From contig DAIRSJ010000002.1 in NCBI GenBank assembly GCA_036804445.1, positions 2,025-66,024 of the forward strand: DNA of 64,000 bases, read 5' to 3'. The position numbers and the translations under genes were made by a program. Positions 46,841 through 57,100 of the stretch are shown here, one piece after another; position 1 is the first letter of the stretch; every line of letters begins with the position of its first letter. The notes under the pieces are model-generated. The model ran no database searches and was not told the DNA's origin. It worked only from the letters and a program-made list of their open reading frames with translations. The stretch is from Candidatus Egerieousia sp. (GTDB lineage Bacteria; Bacteroidota; Bacteroidia; Bacteroidales; UBA932).

Positions 46841-49524
46841 ATGAAAAGATATTGTATTTCATTTATCATCAGTTTATTATACATGTACTGCCTTACAAAC
46901 ACGGCTCAAGCTCAAGTAGTGTTGTCCGGTTATGTGCGTGAAATTAAGGGTGGTGCGGGGATGAGCGATATCAATGTCATTTTGCAGAACAGGAGCGGTA
47001 AGGGAATGATTGATTATACGCTGACTGATGAAAACGGCAGATTCACTTTACATTACGGCGGCAAGGCGGATACTTTACGTCTGCTTGCAACCGGAATGAA
47101 TATTAAAGCTGTGCACATTATTGTTCCCGCAAAATCTAATAACAATCTGATTATTAAGGTTGAGTCCGGTGCGTTAAAATTAAAGGAAGTGGTTGTAAAG
47201 GCACCGCCTCTGAGAAGACGCGGAGACACAATCAGCTATTATGTTAATAGTTATATAGATACGCTAAGGGACCGCTCTATTGGAGACGTACTAAAAAAAT
47301 GCCGGGGGTTAGAGTAGATGAAAGCGGAAGGATTGCCTACAATGGAAAGGATGTGAGCATTCTATATATTGAAGGACTGAACATGTTGGATGCAAGTTAC
47401 GGTGTGGCCACTAATCATGTAAGAGCCAAGGATATAGCAAAGGTGGACGTAATGGAGTTTCACCAGCCGGTAAAAGCGCTTAAAAACAAAGTTGCGTCGG
47501 ACATGGTTGCTATGAATCTGCATCTTAAGGAGAAAGTCAAAGGAACTTTTAATGAGACATTTACAATCGGAGGAGGATTTAAGCCGCTTATGTGGACGGG
47601 TGAAACTACAGCCATGTATTTTGCAAGAACCTTCCAAACGTTTAATAATTACCAGACTAACAACACCGGAATAGATGTTTCTGCTGAAATTGAAAGCATG
47701 GGCAGCACAGGCGGGCTCTCAGCAATGAGCGGAATTACAACTCCTCCGTCACCCCCTATTGCACGCAGCAGATATTTGAAAAATAATATTCATGCGCTAT
47801 CCGCCAACATGCTGGTGAAGAAAAAGAATCTTGAGTATGTCGCCAATATTAAATATTTCCACGATATCCGCAATTCGGCCGGCTCTTCTGTAAGCACGTA
47901 TTACTTTCAGAATCAGGACCCTCTGGTTGTAACGGAAAACACAGCCGCACATACGGTTAAGAATAATGTGGTAGGAAATTTCTGGCTGACAGCCAATACG
48001 GACAGTCTTTATCTTAAAGACAAGCTGAATATATCCGGCACCTGGGACAAATCCCGCAGCACGGTAAACAATCTGCAGCAGAACTTTACATCTCCGACAT
48101 TTTACATAGGAAATGATTTCTCTTATGTAAAACCCATGAAAAAAACATCCTTCAATTTTAATTTAAACGCAAGCTATGCCCGCCTGCCATCCACACTGCG
48201 CGTCAACCCATACCCCTATCTCTCTGTTTTTGGTTTGCCCGATACACTTTCTGTCATGTCCCGACAGAAGGTTACAACTGACAGGTTTTCAGGATATTTC
48301 AGCACAGGGTTTGGAAGGGATTTTACCTATTGGCACTTTGGTATTTTTGGGTCTGCCAGTGCGTGGGCGGACAGGATGACCAGCGGTATGAGTTACTTTA
48401 AGAATGCCGGTGGCGTTGGTGGCATTGCCGGTAGCGTTGGTGGTTGGACTGAAGGCGGCAGTGTTGCGGACTCCCTGAGGAATGACATCAATTTGCAGGC
48501 GATTACCGTTGACATGGGGCCCTATTTATCAATTGATTATAACAACTTTATCCTTTCCGTAAACCCTTATTTCAGATACAAATACCTGGGATACAATGAT
48601 AAAGTTGCCGATAGCAAATTCCACATGAACAAACTTGACGCCTGCCCGACAATGAGCTTAAGATTTGGAATCACAGAAGATTTGAAATTCTCCGCATCAG
48701 GACAATACAGAGTTGTATATGGAGGTCTTACAGACGTTTACAGCGGCTATATAATGGAGGATTACAGGTCTGTTTCCGGCACGGGGAGAATTCTGCCAAA
48801 AGATGAAACCCAAAATTATAGTGCAAGTCTCAATTACGGCAATGCGCTCATCTCCGTATTTGGAGCACTGTCGGGAAGTTACTGGTATGACAACTCCAAC
48901 CTTATGTACGGCAACATCTTTTACGGAGATCTAAGCAGAATAAAGAGCTATGAAATATCCAACAGTTCAAGCGGTTATAATCTTAACGGGAATATCAGCA
49001 AAAGATTCAACGACATTGCCACCACCTTCACGCTCTCTGCCGGATTTTCCAAAAGCAACAGCAAAGTTTACAGAAACGGAGACATCCTAAAAACCGGCTA
49101 CACATCCAAAAACTGCGCATTTGAAATTACCGGAAGAATAGGATATAACTTTGATTATGATTACAATGTAACATACACAACTTATAAAACCAGCATAGAG
49201 AATTCATCCTTGAAACTCAAGAGCATAGATGCAGTAAGGGAGAAGCTAACCCTGGACGCGAGCATGGCAAAAAGCGTGGTGATAAAAATATCCGGAGAAC
49301 ACTACTACAACAGCAGTATCGCTTCCGGCGACAGAAACATGTTCTTTGCGGACGCCTCCGTATCCTACAAGCGCAAAAGGATAGAATACATCATCTCCGC
49401 ACGCAATCTGTTCTACACAAAATCCTACAACACAAGCTATTATAACAGCATCAACTCTTACAGTTACAGCTATGATCTCCGCCCGCTCTCTGTGCTGTTT
49501 ACTGTGAGTTTTTCCTTGAGGTAA
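46841..49524 (+). pseudogene. CarboxypepD_reg + plug + beta-barrel outer membrane protein, split by a -1 frameshift at an A7 tract
   Basis: ORF 46841-47317 ends ...SIGDVLKKCRGLE*. ORF 47299-49524 begins MPGVRVDESGRIAYNG. One extra A in the tract at 47293-47299 would give the contiguous motif GDVLKKMPGVRVDESG. Confidence 0.7.
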
Positions 49525-49530
49525 TGATAA

Positions 49531-50130
49531 TCAGTGCAGTTTGGAACCTATGAGTCTCATGAATTCTTCACGGGTGCGAATATCTTTTAGGAAAGCGCCG
49601 GTGAAAGCGGAGGTTGTGGTAACGGAGTTCTGCTTTTGCACTCCTCTAATTTGCATGCACATGTGCGCCGCCTCTATGACCACCGCAACCCCCAGGGGTT
49701 TAAGGGTTTCCTGAATACAGTCTCTGATTTGTACAGTAAGACGCTCCTGAACTTGGAGCCGTCGTGAATAAGCATCTACTACCCTTGCAATCTTACTAAG
49801 ACCGGTAATATGGCCATTTGGAATGTATGCCACATGCGCCTTGCCGTAAAACGGAAGCATATGGTGCTCGCACATAGAATAAATTTCAATGTCCTTAACC
49901 AAAACAATTTGCCTGTAGTCTTCTTTGAAGATAGCTGATTTTAAAATGGCATACGGATCCTGCTGATATCCCTGAGTAAGGAATTGCATAGACTTTGCAA
50001 CTCTCATCGGGGTTTTAAGAAGTCCCTCTCTGCCAGAGTCTTCCCCCAGTAAATTCAAAATTGCCTTGTAATGCTTTGCAAGTTTCTCCGTTAATTCCGG
50101 AGTATATTTTTCCTCTTTTTTGTAAGCCAT
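49531..50130 (-). CDS. folE: GTP cyclohydrolase I
   Basis: Motifs CEHHMLPF and a C-terminal HMCM. The start is taken at MAYKKEEKY (50130), because a TAACTTTG -7 box lies inside the longer tracked ORF. Confidence 0.9.
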   Translation of the reverse strand: MAYKKEEKYTPELTEKLAKHYKAILNLLGEDSGREGLLKTPMRVAKSMQFLTQGYQQDPYAILKSAIFKEDYRQIVLVKDIEIYSMCEHHMLPFYGKAHVAYIPNGHITGLSKIARVVDAYSRRLQVQERLTVQIRDCIQETLKPLGVAVVIEAAHMCMQIRGVQKQNSVTTTSAFTGAFLKDIRTREEFMRLIGSKLH

Positions 50131-50150
50131 AACTGAAATTTTATGCTGAG

Positions 50151-50158
50151 CAAAGTTA
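50151..50158 (-). promoter_or_regulatory. Candidate -7 box (TAACTTTG on the minus strand) for folE
   Basis: The reverse complement of 50151-50158 matches TAnnTTTG, 20 nt upstream of the proposed ATG. No clear -33 TTTG was seen. Confidence 0.4.
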
Positions 50159-50310
50159 ACTAAAATTACTATATTTGAGGCCATTAATAATCACGACGGT
50201 ATCTTGAGCGGTAAGAGCTATAAGCGGAGTCTGAAAAAGGACCAGATTTGGATTTGCTCAAGATAAGTATGATGCATGTTTATGTTGCAACTATATAATT
50301 CTCATGTATT

Positions 50311-51120
50311 ATGAACAATAGCAAAGAAACAACGGCCGGCGCTCCGGCAACTCAAGCGGAGAAAAAAAGCAAAATCCTTGTAGTTGATGACGAGGAGGAT
50401 ATATGTGAAATCCTGCAGTATAATCTGGAGAGAGCTGGATATGAGGTAAAGACTGCAATAAGTTCAGAGGAAGCTCTTTATATGATTCCAAAGGAAAATT
50501 TTGATTTGCTCGTTTTGGACATCATGCTTGGCGGAATTAGCGGCTTAAAGCTTGCGCAGTTGCTTAGAGAAGATTATAAAAATAACATCCCGATAATTTT
50601 TGTTACTGCACTTGATACGGAACCTGATATCCTTCAGGGCTTTAAAACCGGAGGAGACGATTACATTCCTAAACCGTTCTCTGTAAAGGAAGTTGTGGCC
50701 AGAGTAGGAGCCGTACTGAGCCGTTACACAAAACTGCGGAAAAAAGATAATCAAGGAGCGCCTCTTGCGGGGTGGCAAAACAGTTCCAATCAGAAACCGG
50801 AAGTTGAGAAGAGTGAATATGACTTTGGCATTCTCAAAATTGAAAATGACGATAAAAAAGTTCTGGCAAACGGCAATGAAGTCTTCCTTACAAAAAAGGA
50901 GATGGAGATATTATTGCTCCTGGCCAAATACCCCGGAAAAATCTTTTCCAGAGACGACATTCTGAAACTTGTCTGGAAAGATGAAAGTTATGTTTTGGAA
51001 AGAACAGTAGATGTGCACATTGCAAGACTGAGAAAAAAGCTTGGCAAGGCGGGGGACTTAATCATGAACCGCTCCGGATACGGATACAGCCTGCAGGCAG
51101 ATGAAAAAGGTTCAAATTAA
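50311..51120 (+). CDS. Response regulator, OmpR/PhoB family, with an extended linker
   Basis: The receiver domain (ILVVDDEEDI, LLVLDIML, PIIFVTA) is followed by a winged-helix domain (VDVHIARLRKKL). A ~35 aa Gln/Asn/Lys-rich linker joins them. Confidence 0.85.
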   Translation: MNNSKETTAGAPATQAEKKSKILVVDDEEDICEILQYNLERAGYEVKTAISSEEALYMIPKENFDLLVLDIMLGGISGLKLAQLLREDYKNNIPIIFVTALDTEPDILQGFKTGGDDYIPKPFSVKEVVARVGAVLSRYTKLRKKDNQGAPLAGWQNSSNQKPEVEKSEYDFGILKIENDDKKVLANGNEVFLTKKEMEILLLLAKYPGKIFSRDDILKLVWKDESYVLERTVDVHIARLRKKLGKAGDLIMNRSGYGYSLQADEKGSN

Positions 51121-52489
51121 ATACAGATATAGGCTATTGCTCTATTTCTTTATCCTGGTGACTTTTATAGCGCTGGGCTTTACTGTTTACACTCTTCAGC
51201 AGAGCAAAGATTACAGCCTTGCCACATTGCAAAATGAACTGATAACTTTTAATCAGGACGTCAACAATAAGATAGCTTCCGGATTGATTTACAAACAAAT
51301 AACACCTCCGGCAAAAGAGATGTTATTTACAATTTTGGATACAACCGGATTTGTGCTTTATGACAGCCGGCAGACAGAAGTTTCTATTCAGGAAGACCAA
51401 TCCGGAAAACCGGAATTCATAAAAGCAAAAGAGAATGGAGACGGAAATGCCTTGCGGTACTCCCCCACAATGGGAGATGAATATTTGTTCTATGCAAAAA
51501 ACTACAACGGATATTTCATAAGAACCGCCATTAAATTCATGTCCGCAAAACCGGCTCAGATTCAGAAAGATAACAGATATCTTATTATGATGATTGCTCT
51601 GCTTGCGGCACTTGTTGCGGCAACAATAATCATCTCCGGCAAACTGACTCAGCCGCTTATAAAATTCAATCAGTTTGTGGGAGCTTTAAAAAGTCAGCAA
51701 AAAGATTTCAGCAGCATAGATTTTGGAGATGATGACTTTGGTGAAATAGGAAGAAAAATTGCAGATACCTTCCAACAGCTGGAAAAAACAAAACTTTACA
51801 AACAGCAAATGAGCCATAATATTGCTCATGAACTTAAAACACCCGTTACGGGAATACGCGCCTATTTGGAGACAATACTGCAATCCCCGGAAATGCCGGA
51901 AGAGCAAAAAATGCAATTTATTCAAAAGGCCTATTCGCAAACGCTCAGATTATCCAATTTGATTGCGGAAGTCTCCACATTAAACAAACTTGACGAGGGC
52001 GGAGAGACCTACAAAATAGAGGAGGTAAATATCAGCAAATGTCTGCAAGAAGTTTGTGAGGAAATTGGTTACAAACTTGAAGCAAACAACATCCGGTTCC
52101 ATCCTTTGATAAGCAATGAGCTTAAGTTGAACGGTTGTTACTCTCTTATCTATTCCCTGTTTAAAAACCTGATAGACAATTCTATAGAGCATGGAGGCAA
52201 TGGTATAGAAATTTCCTTAAGCGCAGGAATGGAGCAGATTTCCGGAGAAGGTGGTTACAAAATCAACTTCACATACACGGATACGGGAAAAGGTGTTCCG
52301 GCAGAAGATTTGAACAGAATCTTTGAAAGATTTTACAGAGTGGAAGAGGGAAGAACCAGAAAAACAGGAGGTTCCGGCTTGGGTCTGGCGATTGTAAAGA
52401 ACTCGGTCCTTTTCCACAAGGGAACCATATGCGCCGAATGCAGACCCGGCGGAGGTATAATCTTCAAATTCTCACTATACAGTTTATAA
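51101..52489 (+). CDS. Sensor histidine kinase
   Basis: Two TM segments flank a periplasmic domain. It has an H-box (MSHNIAHELKTP) and HATPase N/G boxes (NLIDNSIEH, GGSGLGLAIV). It overlaps the regulator gene by 20 nt. Confidence 0.85.
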   Translation: MKKVQIKYRYRLLLYFFILVTFIALGFTVYTLQQSKDYSLATLQNELITFNQDVNNKIASGLIYKQITPPAKEMLFTILDTTGFVLYDSRQTEVSIQEDQSGKPEFIKAKENGDGNALRYSPTMGDEYLFYAKNYNGYFIRTAIKFMSAKPAQIQKDNRYLIMMIALLAALVAATIIISGKLTQPLIKFNQFVGALKSQQKDFSSIDFGDDDFGEIGRKIADTFQQLEKTKLYKQQMSHNIAHELKTPVTGIRAYLETILQSPEMPEEQKMQFIQKAYSQTLRLSNLIAEVSTLNKLDEGGETYKIEEVNISKCLQEVCEEIGYKLEANNIRFHPLISNELKLNGCYSLIYSLFKNLIDNSIEHGGNGIEISLSAGMEQISGEGGYKINFTYTDTGKGVPAEDLNRIFERFYRVEEGRTRKTGGSGLGLAIVKNSVLFHKGTICAECRPGGGIIFKFSLYSL

Positions 52490-52586
52490 GAAAGCAATTT
52501 ATCAACACTGCCCCTATAAATTTATTTTTTAGCAGCTGTTTTGTCTTTTGTTTAATTAATTTAGCGTTCTAATTAGTATAACGTAT

Positions 52587-53276
52587 ATGATAAGGATTTT
52601 ATTTACTGCTGCGGAACAAGAAGAGATTGCGTGTGCACAACAAGCACTGAGAGTATTTGAAAGCAGAATTGCCTCAAAAGTACAGGTTGATTTTTTGCTA
52701 ACGGGAATTGGTGCAACTTCAACGTGTTACAAACTTACCAAAAAACTGGCGGAGGCAGAAGCTGAAGGAAATAAATATTCTCTTGCAATAAATATTGGAA
52801 TTGCAGGCAGTTACGATATTGGGCTATTTCCTGTAGGTTCTGTTTCTATTGTTGATAAAGAATATTTTGGAGACATCGGTTTCCAGACGGGTTCCGGCTT
52901 TGTCTCTCTGTTTGATTCTGCCGCACTGGATTCCAATTTATTTCCTTACACGGACGGTGCGCTGAATTCAGTGAAACTCCCGGAATATTTTGAAGAATTA
53001 ATTAAATCATATAAACGCGCCACAGGTGTTACTGTTCAGACAGTTACCGGGACAGAGGAAACAAGACGGAGACTGGTGCAACATTACGGGCCGCAAATAG
53101 AAAGCATGGAGGGAGCGGCATTTTTCTATGTCTGCCTTAATGAACATGTAAACTTCTTTGAGTTGCGCACCGTATCAAATGAGGTTGGAGTAAGGGACCG
53201 GTCACAATGGGACACACCTGTTGCTCTGCACGCACTTACGGAGGCCTGCAAAGATTTCTTAAGCAAAATGGAATAA
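52587..53276 (+). CDS. mqnB: PNP/MTAN-superfamily nucleosidase, probably futalosine hydrolase
   Basis: 229 aa with GIGATS, GIAGS and ESMEGAAFFYVC motifs. The MqnB assignment rests on size and pattern recall only. Confidence 0.5.
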   Translation: MIRILFTAAEQEEIACAQQALRVFESRIASKVQVDFLLTGIGATSTCYKLTKKLAEAEAEGNKYSLAINIGIAGSYDIGLFPVGSVSIVDKEYFGDIGFQTGSGFVSLFDSAALDSNLFPYTDGALNSVKLPEYFEELIKSYKRATGVTVQTVTGTEETRRRLVQHYGPQIESMEGAAFFYVCLNEHVNFFELRTVSNEVGVRDRSQWDTPVALHALTEACKDFLSKME

Positions 53277-53290
53277 TCTGTCGCGACAGA
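53277..53290. repeat. Perfect palindrome TCTGTCGCGACAGA, copy 3 of 3
   Basis: Read directly. It starts immediately after the preceding stop codon and ends 13 nt before the next ATG. It is followed by AAAATTTTTAAAA. Confidence 0.9.
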
Positions 53291-53303
53291 AAATTTTTAA
53301 AAT

Positions 53304-54047
53304 ATGGATGCAAATAAGAACACACAGAGGGAAGAGGTTATTAAAATTGATAGCCTGTATAAGATTTACCATCTTGGAGAAGAGGATGTGGTAAATGCAT
53401 TAGACGGCGTTTCACTGTCTATCTGGAAGAATGATTTTGTGGCAATCATGGGACCTTCCGGCAGCGGAAAATCTACAATGATGAACATCCTTGGATGCCT
53501 GGACACTCCAACATCAGGCAAGTACATTCTTAACGGAACGGATGTCAGCAAGATGAATGACGGAGAACTTGCGGACGTAAGAAATAAAGAGATCGGATTT
53601 GTATTCCAGTCTTTTAATCTTCTTCCAAAATACAGTGCTCTGGAAAATGTTGCACTTCCTATGATTTATGCCGGCGCAACAAAACATGAAAGGTTGGAAA
53701 AAGCCAAAAAATCGCTTAATATAGTCGGGCTTGCAGAAAGAATGTCTCACAAGCCTTCTGAACTTAGCGGAGGTCAGAAACAAAGAGTTGCAATTGCAAG
53801 AGCGCTTATCAACGACCCTACAATTATTTTGGCAGACGAACCGACAGGAAATCTTGATACAAAGACATCTATTGAGATTATGAAAATTTTTGAGGAGATA
53901 TACAAGACCGGAAATACTATTATTTTGGTAACACATGAGGAGGATATTGCAAAATTTGCAAGAAGAATCGTAAAGCTCCGCGACGGTAAAATTGAAAGTG
54001 ACGTCGCCAATCCCAATCCGGCAATGCAATCTATCTCAATTAAATAA
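53304..54047 (+). CDS. ABC transporter ATP-binding protein (MacB/LolD-like)
   Basis: Walker [10 protein letters not shown], signature [15 protein letters not shown] and Walker [12 protein letters not shown]. No permease gene is adjacent. Confidence 0.85.
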   Translation: MDANKNTQREEVIKIDSLYKIYHLGEEDVVNALDGVSLSIWKNDFVAIMGPSGSGKSTMMNILGCLDTPTSGKYILNGTDVSKMNDGELADVRNKEIGFVFQSFNLLPKYSALENVALPMIYAGATKHERLEKAKKSLNIVGLAERMSHKPSELSGGQKQRVAIARALINDPTIILADEPTGNLDTKTSIEIMKIFEEIYKTGNTIILVTHEEDIAKFARRIVKLRDGKIESDVANPNPAMQSISIK

Positions 54048-54098
54048 AAAATCACTAACAGCCGGATATGCATCCGGGCATTTTAACATCTTATTTAT

Positions 54099-54677
54099 AT
54101 GAGCATTTATACTAAAACAGGTGATGATGGAATGACCTCTCTAATTGGAGGCGGAAGAGTCCCCAAAAACCATCCTAGAGTTGAAGCCTACGGAAATGTA
54201 GATGAACTTATCTCATTTATAGGTCTTATTATTTCTAATACCGATGACCCGGCCGTCAGACCGGCGGAGGGAAAACACCTTAAAGAGTGTCTTATCAGAA
54301 TTCAGAATAATCTTATGCTTGTTGCAGCCCATTTTGCCACCCCGGAAGAGGGAACTAACAAACAGTTCAAATCACTGAACGAATCGGAAGTCACGTTTTT
54401 GGAAAAAGAAATTGATGCAATGGCTGCCAATAATCCGGCACAAACGGCCTTTATTCTGCCCGGAGCGCCTAAAATTGCAGCGGAATGTCACATTGCCAGA
54501 ACTATATGCCGCCGCTGCGAGCGCAGGAGTATCTCACTTGCCGCCAACACGGAGCAAGTATCTGAAAATGTGAAAGCAGGAACCAAATACCTTAACCGTC
54601 TGGCGGACTACTTATTCACATTAGGAAGGTATTTTTGCACAATCACAAATACTCCGGAAGAATTCTGGTTACCATAA
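54099..54677 (+). CDS. ATP:cob(I)alamin adenosyltransferase, PduO type
   Basis: 192 aa starting IYTKTGDDGMTSL, with later R..CRR.ER and RLADYLF motifs. Confidence 0.85.
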   Translation: MSIYTKTGDDGMTSLIGGGRVPKNHPRVEAYGNVDELISFIGLIISNTDDPAVRPAEGKHLKECLIRIQNNLMLVAAHFATPEEGTNKQFKSLNESEVTFLEKEIDAMAANNPAQTAFILPGAPKIAAECHIARTICRRCERRSISLAANTEQVSENVKAGTKYLNRLADYLFTLGRYFCTITNTPEEFWLP

Positions 54678-54743
54678 TTGGAAAATAGTATTATATTTGC
54701 ACCCCCTCTAGCAAAAAGGGCAAAATATTAATATTTATTAATT

Positions 54744-54965
54744 ATGTATTGGACACTTGAACTTGCTTCTAAATTGGAAGATGCGCCGTGGCCGGCCACA
54801 AAAGGCGAATTGATAGATTATGCCGTACGTTCCGGAGCCCCCGCAGAAGTTGTAGAGAATTTAAATGACCTTGAAGATGACGAGGAAGTCTATGACAGTA
54901 TTGAAGACATATGGCCCGATTATCCAAGCAAGGAGGATTTCTTCTTTAATGAAGATGAGTATTAG
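54744..54965 (+). CDS. Small acidic DUF2795-like protein
   Basis: 73 aa. The WPATKGELIDYAVRSGAPAEVVENL pattern matches this family. It is preceded by a TATATTTG box (54692-54699) and followed by a strong terminator. Confidence 0.6.
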   Translation: MYWTLELASKLEDAPWPATKGELIDYAVRSGAPAEVVENLNDLEDDEEVYDSIEDIWPDYPSKEDFFFNEDEY

Positions 54966-54990
54966 AGATAAGCAGCTTATGCTAGTAAAG

Positions 54991-55020
54991 ACGACCGCTC
55001 AAAAGGCGGTCGTTTTTTTA
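54991..55020 (+). terminator. Intrinsic terminator
   Basis: An 8-bp stem (ACGACCGC/GCGGTCGT) with a 7-nt loop, followed by T7. Confidence 0.85.
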
Positions 55021-55155
55021 TGACTTTTTGCCTTATTTATACTTTTTATAACTATGCCAAGTTTTTTGTCATCCCGGCCGCAACACTATTTACAGTCCCG
55101 ACGGCAACTCATAATAAACTCAGCATTATCAAAATAATATTACCTTTGCAGCGGT

Positions 55156-56505
55156 ATGAAAATAATTATTGCGGGAGCGGGAGAAGTTGGAAGCCACTTA
55201 GCCAAAATGCTAAGCAGAGAGTCCAATGACCTGACCATCATAGACGGAGACGAAGAGCATCTAAACAAGCTCGCAGAAGTTGCAGACATCATTACGGTGC
55301 TTGGCAAGCCCACTTCTATTGCAACGCTTGAACAGGCGGGTGTCTCAAAGGCAGACTTATTCATTGCCGTAAGTCCGGCTCAGGAACAAGACGTTAACAT
55401 CATCAGCGCCCTTCTGGCTAAAAAAATGGGAGCAAAAAAAGTCACGGCCAGAATCAACAATGATGAATATATGCAATATGATAATAAGCTGATGTTCACC
55501 GATATGGGAATAGATCTCCTGTTCTACCCGGAGAAAATGGCAGCTTATGAGATCATAGATTTACTTAAGCAGACGGGCACAACGGAATTTATGGAATTTG
55601 CCCGCGGCAAATTGCAAATGGTAGTATTCCGTTTGGATGAGGGGACTCCGTTGATTAACAAGACAGTACAAGATTTATCTCCGAACGGCAGCTATAAGCC
55701 GTATCAGCCGGTTGCCATTGCAAGAAACAATACAACAATTATCCCCGGACAGAGTACAAAGTTCCTGCAGGGGGATCTTGTATTTATCATCTGCACTAAG
55801 GATGGTGTAGAGGAACTTATGACATATTCCGGCAAAAATGAGATAGAAGTCAAGAGTCTTATGATTGTTGGCGGAGGAAGAATCGGAGAGATGCTTGCGC
55901 GCAAAATGCAAGATAAGGTTGATCAAATAAAAATCATAGAACACAAGCAGGAAAGATGCGAATACCTTGCGGAAGCTCTTCCTAATGCAGTGGTTATCAA
56001 TGGAGACGGAAGGAATACGGATTTGCTTGTAGAAGAGGATGCAAAAAATTATGACGCATTTGTAGCGGTTACAAGCAGCAGCGAGACCAACATACTTGCA
56101 AGCGTTGCGGTAAAAAATATGGGTGTACAAAAAACTATCGCCGAGGTAGAAAATATTGAATATATCAAACTGGCGGAAGATATGGGAGTTGATGCTGTAA
56201 TCAATAAAAAACTTATCACCGCAGGGAGAATATTCAGATTTACTTTAAGCAATAAAGTGCGCTCTATCAAATGCTTAAACGGTTCAGATGCTGAGGTTCT
56301 GGAGTTCATTGTCAATCCGAGCAGCAGTATTACAAACGGCCCCATCAAAGATTTGCGTTTTCCAAAAGAGGCCATCATCGGCGGCATAATCCGCGGAGAT
56401 GAAAGCTTTATCGCAAATGAATTCACATGTGTAAAACCTTATGACAGGGTCGTTGTATTTGCTCTTCCTCAAGCACTTGCCAGCGTAAACAAATTCTTCA
56501 TTTAA
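55156..56505 (+). CDS. trkA: Trk system potassium uptake protein TrkA (tandem RCK domains)
   Basis: 449 aa with two NAD-binding folds (IIIAGAGEVGSHLA and LMIVGGGRIGEMLA), each followed by a TrkA_C domain. Confidence 0.9.
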   Translation: MKIIIAGAGEVGSHLAKMLSRESNDLTIIDGDEEHLNKLAEVADIITVLGKPTSIATLEQAGVSKADLFIAVSPAQEQDVNIISALLAKKMGAKKVTARINNDEYMQYDNKLMFTDMGIDLLFYPEKMAAYEIIDLLKQTGTTEFMEFARGKLQMVVFRLDEGTPLINKTVQDLSPNGSYKPYQPVAIARNNTTIIPGQSTKFLQGDLVFIICTKDGVEELMTYSGKNEIEVKSLMIVGGGRIGEMLARKMQDKVDQIKIIEHKQERCEYLAEALPNAVVINGDGRNTDLLVEEDAKNYDAFVAVTSSSETNILASVAVKNMGVQKTIAEVENIEYIKLAEDMGVDAVINKKLITAGRIFRFTLSNKVRSIKCLNGSDAEVLEFIVNPSSSITNGPIKDLRFPKEAIIGGIIRGDESFIANEFTCVKPYDRVVVFALPQALASVNKFFI

Positions 56506-57029
56506 GACAATAAGATTTCTTTTACTCTTTTGGCATACTCTCCGCCGGACACTTCCAGCGCCCTTCTTAGTGCTCTAAAATCTGAAAAGCCGCTGCTTGC
56601 CAGCAATAACTGCAATTCTCTTCCATATGCACGCCTTGGCATTTCAGATAAACTGCACTCCTCTTCTCTTTTTCTTGATTTTTTCCTGTTCCTCTCCAGC
56701 AATAAGCCATATAAATATTTAAGTCTAAATGTATTAAGATAAGCATAGTAGCCGCCGTGTTCCGCCAGGATTTTTGACAAATAAGTTCTGTTACTGCCAA
56801 GAAGCAAAGCTATTTTATTAAGTGATATATGCACATCCAGATACGGTTTTTTCTCTTCCATAAGATTATCCAGCATAGCGGAAAGGGTATTTAACGTTTC
56901 CGTTTTCCCGATAATAATAGAACATTGCGGATAATCTTGATCCTCTTCACTAATTTGCTCCTTCAATTCAGTTTGATTTAATCGCTCTTTTGTCCCGGAA
57001 AAATTTTTTAAAAGTTCAATAAATTTCAT
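56502..57029 (-). CDS. Small AraC-like helix-turn-helix protein
   Basis: 175 aa. The C-terminal region (KKPYLDVHISLNKIALLLGSNRTYLSKIL...SSGFSDFRALRRAL) resembles an AraC HTH pair and is paralogous to the C-terminus of the next gene. Confidence 0.5.
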   Translation of the reverse strand: MKFIELLKNFSGTKERLNQTELKEQISEEDQDYPQCSIIIGKTETLNTLSAMLDNLMEEKKPYLDVHISLNKIALLLGSNRTYLSKILAEHGGYYAYLNTFRLKYLYGLLLERNRKKSRKREEECSLSEMPRRAYGRELQLLLASSGFSDFRALRRALEVSGGEYAKRVKEILLS

Positions 57030-57100
57030 TGTTTAAGATTTTTAAGTTAATAATTGTATTAATAAGTTTAGTATTTGTATAGCAATAACATTATACTGTA

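Noticed and set aside
50131-50184. Upstream start for folE at 50184
   Set aside because: The extra 18 residues are hydrophobic and unconserved-looking. They also contain a TAACTTTG -7 box, so the MAYKKEEKY start at 50130 is preferred.
50200-50265. 10-bp inverted repeat TATCTTGAGC ... GCTCAAGATA with a 46-nt spacer between folE and the response regulator
   Set aside because: About three perfect 10-bp inverted repeats with spacers up to 50 nt are expected by chance in 64 kb (64000 x 50 / 4^10). It is too short for a Bacteroides-type invertible promoter, and no matching recombinase lies nearby.
56502-56505. Overlapping convergent stop codons of trkA and the small HTH gene (TTAA)
   Set aside because: The overlap is real but trivial. 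It reflects gene packing only, and I found no structured element or regulatory signal at the junction.
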